Shown here piece after piece: positions 10,365 through 20,932 of a stretch of DNA of 64,000 bases. Each line of letters starts with the position of its first letter. The first letter of the stretch is position 1. The position numbers were made by a program, and so were the translations under genes. Origin of the DNA: a bacterium (GTDB lineage Bacteria > UBA8248); NCBI GenBank assembly GCA_965202625.1, contig CBDBBI010000010.1:2441142-2505141 (forward strand). Direction: 5' to 3'. Below the pieces are notes generated by a model that saw nothing but the letters and a program-made list of their open reading frames with translations, made no database searches and had not been told where the DNA came from.

Positions 10365-10613
10365 TCTCTCCGTCTCCGCGCCTGGAGGGGGGCAAACCCG
10401 ATAGTTAGCACCCGTAGACGAGGGGTGTCAACGATGGATCAAGGACGCTTGAATACATCTTTTGCGGGTTGAAGGATTTTTCCATCTGTTTTGTTTTCGT
10501 TTATCGCGTCGTTCACGCGCTTTCGCCGCGTTGCGCGCGTCTGTGACGGTGTGTGCGATGAGGGTTTTGTGTTTTCCGATACCCGAGAAAGGGAGGGTGC
10601 GAGCGAAGTCCAT

Positions 10614-11396
10614 TCAAGGCTTGACGGCTTTGATGGTCGCACTCTCCAGGTTGGGTGCTGCATAGGGTTTTCGGTTTATGATTTCCACCTCGACGAAACC
10701 GGCCTCGTGCAATCCGGCCACATAGGCGTCGTCTCGAATGGCACCGGCAGCACAGGCGCACCAATCCTTGATGAAAGCCTCCCCTAAAGGCCCGGCCGCT
10801 TCGTCTTCCATGGGTTTTTGGGCCGCCCTGATGACGTCTGAGACCGCGAACCGACCGCCTGTGCGCAACACGCGAAAGGATTCCCGAAACACGGCGGATT
10901 TGTCCGGTGAGAGATTGATCACGCAATTGCTGATGAGAACGTCGACCTTACCGTCTTCAATCGGCATGTTCTCCATGTCCCCCTTTCGGAACGAGACGTT
11001 TCGAAAGGCCAAGATTCGTCTGCTCTCCTCCGCCCTTTCCAGCATGGCGTCCGTCATGTCCAAACCGATGACGCTTCCCCGAGGCCCCACCTCCTTCGCG
11101 GCGAGAAAACAATCGAGACCCGCACCCGACCCTAAGTCCAGGACCGTCTCGCCCGGTTGCGGGCGGGCGTTCAATATGGGGTTTCCGCACCCTGCGTTGG
11201 AGGTGAGAACGTCATCGGGAAGCTGCCGAACGGCCTCTTTTGGGTAGCCTATGGCTTCGACGTTTCCCGCGCCCGTGGGCGCACTGACGCTCTCGTCCCC
11301 GCAACAGCAGGAAACCTCTCCGGCTGCTACCTTCGCGTAGAGATCGCACACGGCGTTTTTTATGCGTCCCTCCTCATCACAACACCATGAGGACAT
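10614..11396 (-). CDS. arsM: SAM-dependent methyltransferase, arsenite methyltransferase (ArsM)-like
   Basis: Class-I MTase motif VLDLGSGAGLDCF, Cys-rich N-terminus (SWCCDEEG...VCDLYAK...CCCG) as in ArsM. Start set at internal ATG (MSSWCC); the 75-aa upstream extension in the ORF track looks spurious. Confidence 0.6.
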   Translation of the reverse strand: MSSWCCDEEGRIKNAVCDLYAKVAAGEVSCCCGDESVSAPTGAGNVEAIGYPKEAVRQLPDDVLTSNAGCGNPILNARPQPGETVLDLGSGAGLDCFLAAKEVGPRGSVIGLDMTDAMLERAEESRRILAFRNVSFRKGDMENMPIEDGKVDVLISNCVINLSPDKSAVFRESFRVLRTGGRFAVSDVIRAAQKPMEDEAAGPLGEAFIKDWCACAAGAIRDDAYVAGLHEAGFVEVEIINRKPYAAPNLESATIKAVKP

Positions 11397-11663
11397 GGAT
11401 GAGAACCTCCTCGCGCGTGACGTGCGCAGACCCCCTTGAACGCAGGCAGGATAGCAAGAATGCGGAGGAGCGGGAAAGCGCAAAGCGGGGTTTCGCGCGC
11501 ACTCGATAGCAACGATCAAATAGAGGGGGAGAATACCGAAGACGGAGCGTCGCTCGAATGGTCTGGCGGGTGGCTGAAATGATGGATGCGCAGTTGCGGG
11601 AAAATCGTTCTCGTGCAAACTTGGGCCAGAAATGTCCCATTTCCTTTTTGCTTGTGTTGAGAC

Positions 11664-14420
11664 ATGACGAAAGAGAAAAAACAGATCTATCTGATCGACG
11701 GTTCCGGGTATATGTTCAGGGCCTACTTCGCCATGATGCGCCAGCGCCTCTCGAACTCAAAAGGAACCCCCACGGGCGCCACCCTCGCTTTCACCCGAAT
11801 GCTTTTGAAGGTGATTCGGGAGCGAGCGCCCGAATACGTCGCCATCGCCTTCGATCGTCCCGAACGCACCTTTCGCCACGATATCTACCCTGCCTACAAG
11901 GCGAACCGAGATGCCGCGCCTGAGGATTTGGTCGAGCAAATCCCCTACATGCACCGCGTCGTTGAGGCGTTGCGCATTCCCCTTCTTGCCCAGGCAGGGT
12001 TCGAGGCGGACGACATTGTCGGGACCCTGGCCGCGCGGGCGGAGCGGGAGGGCTACGACGTGATTCTGGTGACGGCCGACAAGGATTTCGCTCAGCTCGT
12101 CTCCGAGAGCGTGCGCATTTGGGATCCGATGAAGGATGAGGAGATGGGGCCTGCGGAGGTCGAAGCTAAATGGGGCGTGCCTCCGGAGAAATTCGTGGAC
12201 CTCCAGGCACTCATGGGAGATACTACGGACAACGTTCCGGGCGTTCCAGGCATCGGAGAAAAAACTGCCGCCGCGCTCATTCAACAGTTCGGCGGATTCG
12301 ATGAAATCCTCGCCTCCACGGCAGAAATCAAGCGGCCCAAGCAGCGGGAGAGCATCAAGGAAAACGTGGAGATAGCGAGAATTTCCCGCGCGCTTTGCAC
12401 CATCAAACGTGACTTGCCGCTTGAGGGAGACCTTGAGTCGTGTCGCTTGGGTGACGCCGATTTTGAGGCAAGCAGGAAACTCTTCCTGGACGAGCTGGAG
12501 TTTAAGAGGGATTTCATGGAGGAGCTTCCTGGATACGGCGCGTCCGGCCAAGAGGAGGACGCGCCCGAGGAGACGACCTCTCCATCCGGGACGGACGAGA
12601 GCGACTACCACGTCGTCCGAACGCTCAAGGAGCTGAAATCCGCCTTGAGGGAGCTGGAGAGAGCGGGGCGTTTCGCGTTCGACCTGGAGACCACCTCGCT
12701 CGACCCAATGAAGGCGCGCATTGTGGGTTTGAGCCTGTCCGCCAGCCCGGGACGCGCGTTTTACGTCCCCGTGGGCCATGAAACCGTGGATTCCGGCCCC
12801 CAGCTTCGGCTGGAGGACGTGTTAGAGGAAGCCTCTCGCTTGTTGGAATCGCCCACGGTTGAGAAAATCGGACAGAACGTCAAATACGACGTCGCGGTGC
12901 TGGAGGAAAATGGATACGGTGTTCGCGGCCCTTTGTTCGACACCATGCTCGCTTCCTATCTCCTACGCTCGGACCACACGGCTTTGGGCGCCGGTCGAAC
13001 GCGGCATGGGATAGACCATCTGGCGCAAGAGTTTTTCGGGATCAGGACGATAAAGTATGCTGATCTTTGCGGGAAGGGCGTCAAGGAAATCCCGTTCTCG
13101 CACGTCCCTATTGACGCGGCGGCGCCTTACGCCTGCCAGGATGCAGACCTCGCCTATCGTTTGGCTGAAGTGATGGCCCCGCAGCTGCGAGACGCTGGCC
13201 TGATGAATCTTTTCGAGGAACTGGAAATTCCTCTCCTGCGCGTTTTGATCGACATGGAGCGCGCGGGCATTCGTCTGGATCAGGACTTGTTGCAAAACAT
13301 GGGGAAGGAGCTCGAAGCGCGTCTTGCGGGAATGAGAGATCATATCCACGAGCTGGCGGGTGAGGAATTCAACGTCAATTCCACCCAGCAGCTCAGGGTC
13401 ATCCTGTTTGAGAAACTGAACCTTCCGGTGATCAAAAAAACGAAGACCGGCGCTTCCACCGACATCGACACGCTTCAGAAACTCGCGCCCCAGCATCCCT
13501 TGCCCCAGGAGATTTTAAGTTTCAGGCAACTCTTCAAGCTCAAGAGCACCTATGTCGATACCTTACCCGAGCTGGTGAATCCGGACACGGGCCGCATCCA
13601 CGCGCGCTTCAACCAAACCGTCGCCGCCACGGGCCGACTGAGCAGCTCTGACCCCAATTTGCAGAACATCCCCGTCCGAACAGACTTGGGCCGTCAGATA
13701 CGCCAAGCTTTCCTGCCCGAGGAAGGGTGGAAACTTCTCTCTGCGGATTACAGCCAGATAGAACTCAGGGTTTTGGCGCATTTTACGAACGATACGGCCC
13801 TCGTCGACGCTTTCGGCAAGGGGGAGGACATTCACGCCACGACCGCCTCCGCCGTCTATGGCGTACCGCTCGACGAGGTGAACTCCGAGATGCGCCGCGT
13901 CGCCAAGGCGGTGAATTTCGGCATCATATATGGGCAGGGCGCTTTTGGTCTTTCCCAAGCCATCGGCATCCCTCAGTCCGAGGCGCGCTCGTTCATCGAA
14001 ACCTACTTCGAGCGCTTCGCCAGCGTGCCCGCCTTCGTGGACGGGACCATCGAGGATGGAAGGATGCGCGGTTATGTCTCCACCATCATGGGGCGGCGGC
14101 GGTATTTGCCTGATCTGAACAGCCGAAATCGTAATTTGAAGAACGCCGCCGAACGAACGGCGGTGAACTCCGTCATCCAGGGCAGCGCAGCCGATATCAT
14201 CAAGCGGGCGATGATAGCTATTGCGGCTCGGCTCAACAGAGAAAGGAGAGAGGCGCGAATGCTCGTGCAGGTGCACGATGAACTTCTGTTCGAAATACCG
14301 CCCCGGGAGGTCGAGAGCGTCGCCGCCCTGGTTGAGGAGGAGATGAAGGGCGCGATGCGCCTTCACGTTCCTATCGAGGTGGACGTGAGCGCGGGCAAGA
14401 ATTGGGGCGCTTTGAAGTAG
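11664..14420 (+). CDS. polA: DNA polymerase I
   Basis: 918 aa; 5'-3' exonuclease N-terminus (LIDGSGYMFRAYFA), 3'-5' exo and polymerase motifs (RRxAKAVNFGIIYG, VHDELLFE). Confidence 0.95.
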   Translation: MTKEKKQIYLIDGSGYMFRAYFAMMRQRLSNSKGTPTGATLAFTRMLLKVIRERAPEYVAIAFDRPERTFRHDIYPAYKANRDAAPEDLVEQIPYMHRVVEALRIPLLAQAGFEADDIVGTLAARAEREGYDVILVTADKDFAQLVSESVRIWDPMKDEEMGPAEVEAKWGVPPEKFVDLQALMGDTTDNVPGVPGIGEKTAAALIQQFGGFDEILASTAEIKRPKQRESIKENVEIARISRALCTIKRDLPLEGDLESCRLGDADFEASRKLFLDELEFKRDFMEELPGYGASGQEEDAPEETTSPSGTDESDYHVVRTLKELKSALRELERAGRFAFDLETTSLDPMKARIVGLSLSASPGRAFYVPVGHETVDSGPQLRLEDVLEEASRLLESPTVEKIGQNVKYDVAVLEENGYGVRGPLFDTMLASYLLRSDHTALGAGRTRHGIDHLAQEFFGIRTIKYADLCGKGVKEIPFSHVPIDAAAPYACQDADLAYRLAEVMAPQLRDAGLMNLFEELEIPLLRVLIDMERAGIRLDQDLLQNMGKELEARLAGMRDHIHELAGEEFNVNSTQQLRVILFEKLNLPVIKKTKTGASTDIDTLQKLAPQHPLPQEILSFRQLFKLKSTYVDTLPELVNPDTGRIHARFNQTVAATGRLSSSDPNLQNIPVRTDLGRQIRQAFLPEEGWKLLSADYSQIELRVLAHFTNDTALVDAFGKGEDIHATTASAVYGVPLDEVNSEMRRVAKAVNFGIIYGQGAFGLSQAIGIPQSEARSFIETYFERFASVPAFVDGTIEDGRMRGYVSTIMGRRRYLPDLNSRNRNLKNAAERTAVNSVIQGSAADIIKRAMIAIAARLNRERREARMLVQVHDELLFEIPPREVESVAALVEEEMKGAMRLHVPIEVDVSAGKNWGALK

Positions 14421-14620
14421 CTCGCTTCTCTCGCAGGAATTGAACCTTCCGTTGATTTTCGAGGACGCGTTTTTTCCCTTTCCTCTCTGATCCACCATGA
14501 AGGCGCGTCTCTCGCCTTGCGCGTTTCCGCCGGTGCTCATAGAATCGAGCGCGTCGTTCCCCTCCACGCGCCAGGATGACGGGGATTTGCTCGAACCCTC
14601 CGGAAGGCGGTCGCTTCTTT

Positions 14621-15286
14621 ATGTCCAACCTCTATGCCATCGGCGACGTTCATGGCCAGCTGCACATGCTGGACGCCTTGGCGCGGCGCGTGCCCTTTCG
14701 GGAGGATGATGAAATCGTCTTTCTCGGGGATTTCATCGATCGGGGGCCGGATTCTAGAGGGGTGGTCGAATTCTTAATGGAATTCAGGCGGAAATATCCC
14801 AAGACCGTGTGCTTGCGGGGAAATCACGAGGACATGTTCTTGGACTATCTGGCTGGAGGCGGAATCTATCATCCGGACGTCTACGCCATGAACGGCGGCT
14901 TGGAAACCCTCAGGGGTTACGGCCTTGATCGGCAAGGCAAGGTTCGGCTTCCCCCCTTGCATCGGGAATTCTTCAATGCGCTCGTGTGGATGCACGAAAC
15001 CCGTGGGTTTATCTTCGCACATGCGGGCTTAAGGCCAGGAGTTCCCATCAACCAGCAAGAGCAGATGGATTTGGTCTGGATACGAGAGGAATTTATCGAG
15101 GCGGAACATGATTTTGGAAAGCCGGTCGTTTTTGGGCACACTCCGGCCTCGGGGATAAGAGACAAACTCCCCTTGTTTTTGGGGATCGACACGCGCGCCG
15201 TATTCGGCGGGTGCTTGACGTGCGCACAACTCGCCGACAACGCGCTCGTAGATTGCTATCAGGTGTTCTCTCAAGAAGTGCAATGA
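14621..15286 (+). CDS. PPP-family serine/threonine protein phosphatase / metallophosphoesterase
   Basis: GDVHG, GDFIDRGPDS and GNHE motifs in canonical order; start placed at MSNLYAIGDVHG. Confidence 0.8.
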   Translation: MSNLYAIGDVHGQLHMLDALARRVPFREDDEIVFLGDFIDRGPDSRGVVEFLMEFRRKYPKTVCLRGNHEDMFLDYLAGGGIYHPDVYAMNGGLETLRGYGLDRQGKVRLPPLHREFFNALVWMHETRGFIFAHAGLRPGVPINQQEQMDLVWIREEFIEAEHDFGKPVVFGHTPASGIRDKLPLFLGIDTRAVFGGCLTCAQLADNALVDCYQVFSQEVQ

Positions 15287-15298
15287 GTTGAATCGTTC

Positions 15299-17584
15299 GT
15301 GAAGCGGAACCCGAACGCAATTCCCGATGACAAGACGATTCTGGACCTGCTCATCCAACAGGGTCGGCCGGTGGCCGTGCGTGAGATACTCCGCCTGCTC
15401 AAGACCCCCTCCGACGCGCGGCCTTCGCTCAGAAAGCACCTGCGCGTCATGGCGGAGGAGGGCGCTTTGTCCCGGATTCGCGGTCGCTATTCGGCTCCGG
15501 GTTTTCTCTCCATTTGTCAGGGAATCTTCCGTGGCCACCGGCAGGGGTATGGGTTTGTCATTCCGGACAAAGTGCTCGGAAAGGAGAGAGCCCCCGATAT
15601 CCTGATCAAGAAAACGCGCGCGAGGGGGGCTGTGGACGGAGATCGGGTCTCCGCCAGGGTGGAGAGAGTCGATTCCGACGGAAGATGCGAGGGCAGCGTG
15701 ATCGACGTGCTTGAGCGCGCGCATGCAACCTTGGTGGGCAGGCTTTGTGTCGAGGGAGGGAGTGCCTGGGTCGCGCCTCAGGAAGAGCGCATACCGCATC
15801 TTGTGACGCTCGACTCCGAACAATGCGAAGGGGCCAAGCCGGGCGAATGGGTGGAAGTGGAGATCAGTCGATATCCGACCCAAAGAGAGCCCGCCAAGGG
15901 GCGCATTCTCAGGGCGTTCGGCTATCCGAAAAACCCGGCTTCCGAGCAGAAGATGATACTCGCCAAGTACGGAATTCGCGAGGATTTCCCTCCCGGGGTT
16001 CTCGATGAGGAAAGAGGGCTGTTTCCGCCGGAGGAGGACGCGCCTTTTCCGAAGGGGGTGGAGGATTTCAGAGACTTGTGCGCGTTCACCATCGATCCTG
16101 TTAATGCGCGAGACAGGGATGACGCGATTTCGATTGAAAGCGCAACCCGTGGCCGCCGCCGTCTCGGCGTGCACATCGCCGACGTGGGTCATTACGTGAA
16201 GTTCGGTGGCACGATTGACAAAGAAGCGTGCGAGCGCGGCGTGAGCGTGTATTTTCCGGATAGGGCCATACCGATGCTCCCGCCCCGTCTCACCCGCGAG
16301 GTATGTTCCTTGAGCGCGGGGGCGGTTCGGCGCACTTTGAGCGTCTTGCTCGATTTTGATGGGCGTGGAGAGCAAACGGGTCTGCGGCTCGTCTTCGCGC
16401 GGATTCGCTCGCGCGCCTCTTTGACCTATCGGGGAGCGGCCGCCGTTTTGGCGGGCAGCGAGATTCCGCAAAAAAACGAAATGGAAAGCGCTCGCGATCT
16501 TCAGGCACCGCTCAGGGAATTATCGGCTCTGGCGGATGACCTTCGCGCGCGGCGCATGCGTCGGGGCAGTCTCGACTTCGACCTTCCGGAGGCCCATATC
16601 CTGCTTGATGCGAGGGGAGTGCCCACTGGCGTTGCGCGTGCGCCGAGGACTGCGGCGCACCGCCTGGTCGAGGAGTGTATGTTGGCGGCGAATCGGGCGG
16701 TGGCCCAATATCTCGCCGAGGCGGGCGGTGCCGCAATCTTCCGCGTGCATGAGCCGCCCGGAGAGGAGGATTTGGAGGGTGTACGCATGATGCTCTCGAA
16801 GTTGGGCCTCAAAGCGCCCCGCCTTTCCATTCTAAGGAGTCCGGGAGGATTGCAAGAAGTTTTTGACGCCGTGCGAGGCTCCGACGTGGAGCGTTACGTG
16901 AATCTCGCCGCCCTCAGAAGCATGAAGATTGCGCGCTACGATGCCGCCCCCGCCCTTCATTTCGGGCTGGGTTTTGAGCGTTACGCGCATTTCACGTCCC
17001 CCATTCGCCGATATGCGGATTTGTGCGTTCATAGAAGGCTGAAAAGGCTTATGCGTGGCGAAAGGCGAAAGCCAAAACCTGAGCGCATCGCTGCCCTTTG
17101 TCGGGATATTTCGGAAAAAGACCGCACGGCGGAGGCGGCCTCGCGCGAGATGGCGGATTTTATGAAGGCGCTTTTTATGCGGGGCAAGGTGGGCGAGCGT
17201 TTCCGAGGGCACGTTTCGGGAGTCACGAATTTCGGAATTTTTGTGGAGCTGAGTGATATTTTCGTGCAGGGCATGGTGCCGCTTCAATTCATGACGGACG
17301 ACGACTACCGCTTCATTCCGGAGGAGCACGCGGTTCTCGGCCGCAGAACGGGACGGCGGTTTCGTTTGGGGGACGCCGTCACTGTGCGGGTGGAGGGGGT
17401 TGATTTGGCGGCGAGGCGCGTCACCTTTCATCTGCAGGGGGGTGGCACGAAGGGGAAGGTCGGCGACGCTCCAGTCTCATACCGCGCCTCCGAAAACCCC
17501 GGCCGCCACCTGGGAGAGAGACGCTCAAATCCTCGACGTCAAAAGAGGGGCAAGCCGAAGAGGAGAGGAAGTCGGCGCCGTTGA
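15299..17584 (+). CDS. rnr: ribonuclease R
   Basis: 761 aa with RNB catalytic domain (DRDDAISIE, ...), cold-shock/S1 domains and basic C-terminal tail; GTG start. Confidence 0.9.
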   Translation: MKRNPNAIPDDKTILDLLIQQGRPVAVREILRLLKTPSDARPSLRKHLRVMAEEGALSRIRGRYSAPGFLSICQGIFRGHRQGYGFVIPDKVLGKERAPDILIKKTRARGAVDGDRVSARVERVDSDGRCEGSVIDVLERAHATLVGRLCVEGGSAWVAPQEERIPHLVTLDSEQCEGAKPGEWVEVEISRYPTQREPAKGRILRAFGYPKNPASEQKMILAKYGIREDFPPGVLDEERGLFPPEEDAPFPKGVEDFRDLCAFTIDPVNARDRDDAISIESATRGRRRLGVHIADVGHYVKFGGTIDKEACERGVSVYFPDRAIPMLPPRLTREVCSLSAGAVRRTLSVLLDFDGRGEQTGLRLVFARIRSRASLTYRGAAAVLAGSEIPQKNEMESARDLQAPLRELSALADDLRARRMRRGSLDFDLPEAHILLDARGVPTGVARAPRTAAHRLVEECMLAANRAVAQYLAEAGGAAIFRVHEPPGEEDLEGVRMMLSKLGLKAPRLSILRSPGGLQEVFDAVRGSDVERYVNLAALRSMKIARYDAAPALHFGLGFERYAHFTSPIRRYADLCVHRRLKRLMRGERRKPKPERIAALCRDISEKDRTAEAASREMADFMKALFMRGKVGERFRGHVSGVTNFGIFVELSDIFVQGMVPLQFMTDDDYRFIPEEHAVLGRRTGRRFRLGDAVTVRVEGVDLAARRVTFHLQGGGTKGKVGDAPVSYRASENPGRHLGERRSNPRRQKRGKPKRRGSRRR

Positions 17585-17754
17585 CTCCCGCAGATGCTGC
17601 CTGGATGCTTGATAGAGAAGCGTCCTGTTCGTGTTGTTTGGTTTCTCCAGTGGCAGAAAATCCTGTGAGGGGCTATATTGATTCCTGAGGATAGAAGATA
17701 TGGGAGGGGCGATCCGCTCCTTTTTCTTTTTCCAGTTTTTCGTGAGGTGCGGCG

Positions 17755-18219
17755 ATGGCGGGCGGCGTGAAAATCATTGCGGAAAACAGGCGCGCCCGCG
17801 CCGATTATGCGATTGATGAAACCTACGAGGCGGGCCTAGTGCTCACGGGCACGGAGGTGAAAGCGCTTCGAGAGGGTCGTGCGAACTTAAAGGAGAGCTA
17901 TGGCGACATCGTCGGTGGCGAGGCTTGGCTGGTCGATTGTCACATTAGCCCTTATGGACATGGCAACATACACAATCATGTGCCCACGCGCAGAAGGAAG
18001 CTGTTGCTCCACAAACGCGAAATTGGGCGCTTGATTGGCCGCGTGAACGAAAAGGGGATGGCGCTCGTGCCAATGAAGATGTATTTCGCCCGAGGCCGCG
18101 CCAAGGTGGAGATTGGCGTGGGGAAGGGTAAGAAACGCCATGACCGTCGCGAGGAATTGAAAAAGCGCGCGGCCAATCGTGATATTGAGCGCGCGCTCGC
18201 AGAAAGGAATCGGGGATGA
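17755..18219 (+). CDS. smpB: SsrA-binding protein SmpB
   Basis: IAENRRARADYAIDETYEAGLVLTGTEVKALR signature; immediately upstream of tmRNA. Confidence 0.95.
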   Translation: MAGGVKIIAENRRARADYAIDETYEAGLVLTGTEVKALREGRANLKESYGDIVGGEAWLVDCHISPYGHGNIHNHVPTRRRKLLLHKREIGRLIGRVNEKGMALVPMKMYFARGRAKVEIGVGKGKKRHDRREELKKRAANRDIERALAERNRG

Positions 18220-18422
18220 TACGCATTTTCAGAGAATATACAATGTCCTGGTTGCAAGTGGGTTTGCTCAAAATTTCGATGATGGCGTTCGGCTTGGCGA
18301 TTGGCGCCACCTGGCCGGAACTTTTTCGGGAGAGGGTGGTCTGGCTCTGGCTGATGTTCGCTCTGCCCGCCGTTTATTTGGGCATCGTCTTCTACCCCAG
18401 CATGTGGGGCGGGCGCAAATAG
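18216..18422 (+). CDS. hypothetical small membrane protein (2 predicted TM helices)
   Basis: 68-aa ORF overlapping smpB stop (ATGA), hydrophobic; no other support. Confidence 0.3.
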   Translation: MIRIFREYTMSWLQVGLLKISMMAFGLAIGATWPELFRERVVWLWLMFALPAVYLGIVFYPSMWGGRK

Positions 18423-18485
18423 GGTGCGCAAAGTCGGGTCTGGGGCGTATGATCGCCGCCCCTGACGCCGGCGTTCATCTCTCAT

Positions 18486-18846
18486 GGGGGCGATCTGGTT
18501 TCGACGGGAGGATTTGAAGTCTGAGCTGCGTGCCGGGGACGCCACTTGGCCCCGTTATCAATGTGGCAAAATCACACCAGCCGACAACGAGCTGGCTCTC
18601 GCGGCCTAGACGCTAGCGAGCGCTCCCCCTCGCCTCGTCCGCAGGGGAGGTGTGGAGCGTCATGATGCGGACTAGCCGACCCAGGTTTCTGTCCGGAGCT
18701 TGTTAGGCGAATATCAATCGGACTAGCCCGGAGGATGGCCCGCCGGTGGGCTTGAGACCGAGCAAAATCCTCACCACCGGCTACGCACGTAGACGCTCAC
18801 GACGGAAGCCTTGCGGACGCGGGTTCGATTCCCGCCGCCTCCACCA
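18486..18846 (+). ncRNA. ssrA: tmRNA (SsrA), tag peptide reading frame ...ADNELALAA*
   Basis: 5' GGGGGCGATCTGGTTTCGACGGGAGG pairs with the 3' acceptor strand; tRNA-like 3' end GGTTCGATTCCCGCCGCCTCCACCA; tag ORF GCC GAC AAC GAG CTG GCT CTC GCG GCC TAG at 18580-18609. Confidence 0.9.
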
Positions 18847-19497
18847 AAATTTCATATGTTTTGGGTAATGGTCTGCGCGTTGGAATATACCCATTGGAGG
18901 GGAGAATGTAAGCATGGGGAGTCCCCTAGTCCTTTCCGTTGACGACTGCGCGATGCCCGGTTCAAGTAGGGCGTATTGACGAGGCCTCGGCGGTTTTCTC
19001 AAAAAAGCTTTGGCTTGCGCGTTCGCCGGATGAGCCGGAACGCGAATGCGCCGCCTGGATTCGGCATGACGCAATCAAACGCCGCGCACAACCAAATCCG
19101 TCCCGTCCCAGCCGGTGACCTCAGACGTGATGACGGCGTTGGAGGCCGCTTCGGTTTCATCCAAGAACATTTTGACGTCCAATTCGGGTGCCGTCTGAAG
19201 CCTGGCGCGCCGTCACAGAAGGTCCGCCCTGAAGAAGCTCTCGACCAAAATTCCGTTTTTCTGCCGATGAAGGTTTGATTGTCCTGCGCGTGATGCGTTA
19301 TTGCAACTCTAGAAATCTTGCCTTGGCTATTGACGCCAGAGTGCCCAGTGTCAGAGATTCGCTCTGTCGCGGAGCCGATTCGAAGGGCGTGCGGTGCGGC
19401 ACAGCAACGGTCCGGATTCCTCACCTTGTCGCCCGTGAATCACCGTTGAGCGCGATCTGATGACAATGGGGCCCTGGCACTACAATCCAACTATGGT

Positions 19498-19905
19498 TTG
19501 ACAGACTTAAGGGAAGGAATGAAATCAATGAAAGTCGCATACGTTTTCGCCACGAGTATGTCGGCGACTTACAAGCTCGCCACCATGATCCTCCCGCAGC
19601 TCGAAGCCGGCTCGCACGGGGCGACCGTCGTCGGCATGTTCTTCTTCGACGACAATATGTTCTGCCTGCGCGAGGGCGATCCGATCGGAGAGCGTCTGGC
19701 CAAAGTTGCCGAGGAGCAGAGCATCCTTCTCATGATCTGCGATCAATGCGCCGTGAGGCGCAACCTCGCCGAGGGGACCTTTGAGCAGTGTGGGTCAGGA
19801 GAGGTGACGGCAAGGGGCACCGTCGCCGGAGTGCAGGCAGGCTGCTTTCCACAGCTCTATTCCGCGCTCGCCCCTCATCCGCCGGATCAGGTTATCACGC
19901 TTTAG
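19498..19905 (+). CDS. DsrE/DsrF-like sulfur-relay family protein
   Basis: MKVAYVFATS...VVGMFFFDDN...LLMICDQCAVRR pattern resembles the DsrE/DsrF fold with active-site Cys. Confidence 0.5.
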   Translation: MTDLREGMKSMKVAYVFATSMSATYKLATMILPQLEAGSHGATVVGMFFFDDNMFCLREGDPIGERLAKVAEEQSILLMICDQCAVRRNLAEGTFEQCGSGEVTARGTVAGVQAGCFPQLYSALAPHPPDQVITL

Positions 19906-20230
19906 AGGGGCGTCATATAGGGAGATTTGGTGCCAGTTCCTGTGTTACGAGCCATTCTGCCGAAGTCGGATATGCCCCGCAGTGTAGTTGTTGTAGTGCC
20001 GTGGCCCAGGCGCAACTGCGCCGGCAGTTCTGGAGAATGGATGGGAACAGATATATTGAGAAGGTTGGTTTATGTGATTGCTTCTGAACGTCTCGCGAGA
20101 AACTTCGGGCCAGAAATGATGGTCGTGGGCAAAATTTCCGCTTGCCTCGCCGTCGCTGGGGCCGGATGGCGCGTCTCTCGCATCAAACCTCTTTGCGTAG
20201 AGGTTTGGAAGATGACCAAAGACAGATTGG

Positions 20231-20932
20231 TCACCAAACTATATCGAGCGTATTTTCTCGCCCGGTTGCCGGCAGCCGGGCGCAGCCTCTAGGTTTCAGG
20301 GCGACTTGAGTCCGTAATAGGAGTACCACCCGATCAAGTCGGAGAAAGCCGCCGCGGATTTTGGGGCATGTCGAAACCCGTGCCAGTGAGACGATCTGCC
20401 TTGCGTCGTCCTTGATGACGCGCCTGAAGATATCGTTCATAGTGCAAACCCGATAACGAACCAAATCTCTCGGCGACGGGAAAATATGGATGAGATGCTG
20501 AACCTCCTCCTTTACCTCCTCATAGGGAACAACGCCGCATAAGGATCGTCGCACAATTTGTGTCCTCATCTTCCTCCATCGCCTAAATGCAGGAAATGAC
20601 GAAAGCCGTTGAGCCGACTTCGTTGATATCCGTGTGTGATGGTCGTTGCGGAAATGTTTGCTTCTGACGTTAGCTCGCAAAACTATGATGGGGCCATCAG
20701 CGGCATCGAACCTCTTGAGGTAGGGGACGGAAGTCTCGCATAATGCCCTCGGGCTTGATAGATTACCTCTCTCACGCGATTTCATAACGTTCGCCTCTAT
20801 GCGCAGAAGCGCATCGCGTTTGATCACTTTCTGCTTGATAAAGCGGCGCGTTGTGAGGATATCGTCCGTCAAAACAATGCGAGAGAGCCTGCAAGGCGTA
20901 AAATGTAAAACGTGGGGAGGCCGGATGCTCAT
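20231..20932 (-). CDS. hypothetical protein in AT-richer tract (possible degraded mobile-element gene)
   Basis: 233-aa ORF in a region of visibly lower GC than flanks; no recognisable motifs. Confidence 0.25.
   Translation of the reverse strand: MSIRPPHVLHFTPCRLSRIVLTDDILTTRRFIKQKVIKRDALLRIEANVMKSRERGNLSSPRALCETSVPYLKRFDAADGPIIVLRANVRSKHFRNDHHTRISTKSAQRLSSFPAFRRWRKMRTQIVRRSLCGVVPYEEVKEEVQHLIHIFPSPRDLVRYRVCTMNDIFRRVIKDDARQIVSLARVSTCPKIRGGFLRLDRVVLLLRTQVALKPRGCARLPATGRENTLDIVW

Noticed and set aside
10614-11618. N-terminal 75-codon extension of the ArsM-like ORF and similar extensions on the sugar SBP (to 23544), TAXI SBP (to 29117), sulfite oxidase (from 20799), ThsB-like (to 47152)
   Set aside because: Extensions lack RBS/start context and precede clear signal peptides or conserved N-termini; internal starts chosen.
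11757-16471. Long minus-strand ORFs (11757..12779, 13563..14567, 15029..16471)
   Set aside because: Antisense of polA and rnr; typical high-GC open antisense frames.
17945-18545. ORFs 17945..18310(-), 17976..18545(-), 18179..18517(+), 18781..19074(-)
   Set aside because: Overlap smpB or the tmRNA gene; no coding signatures.
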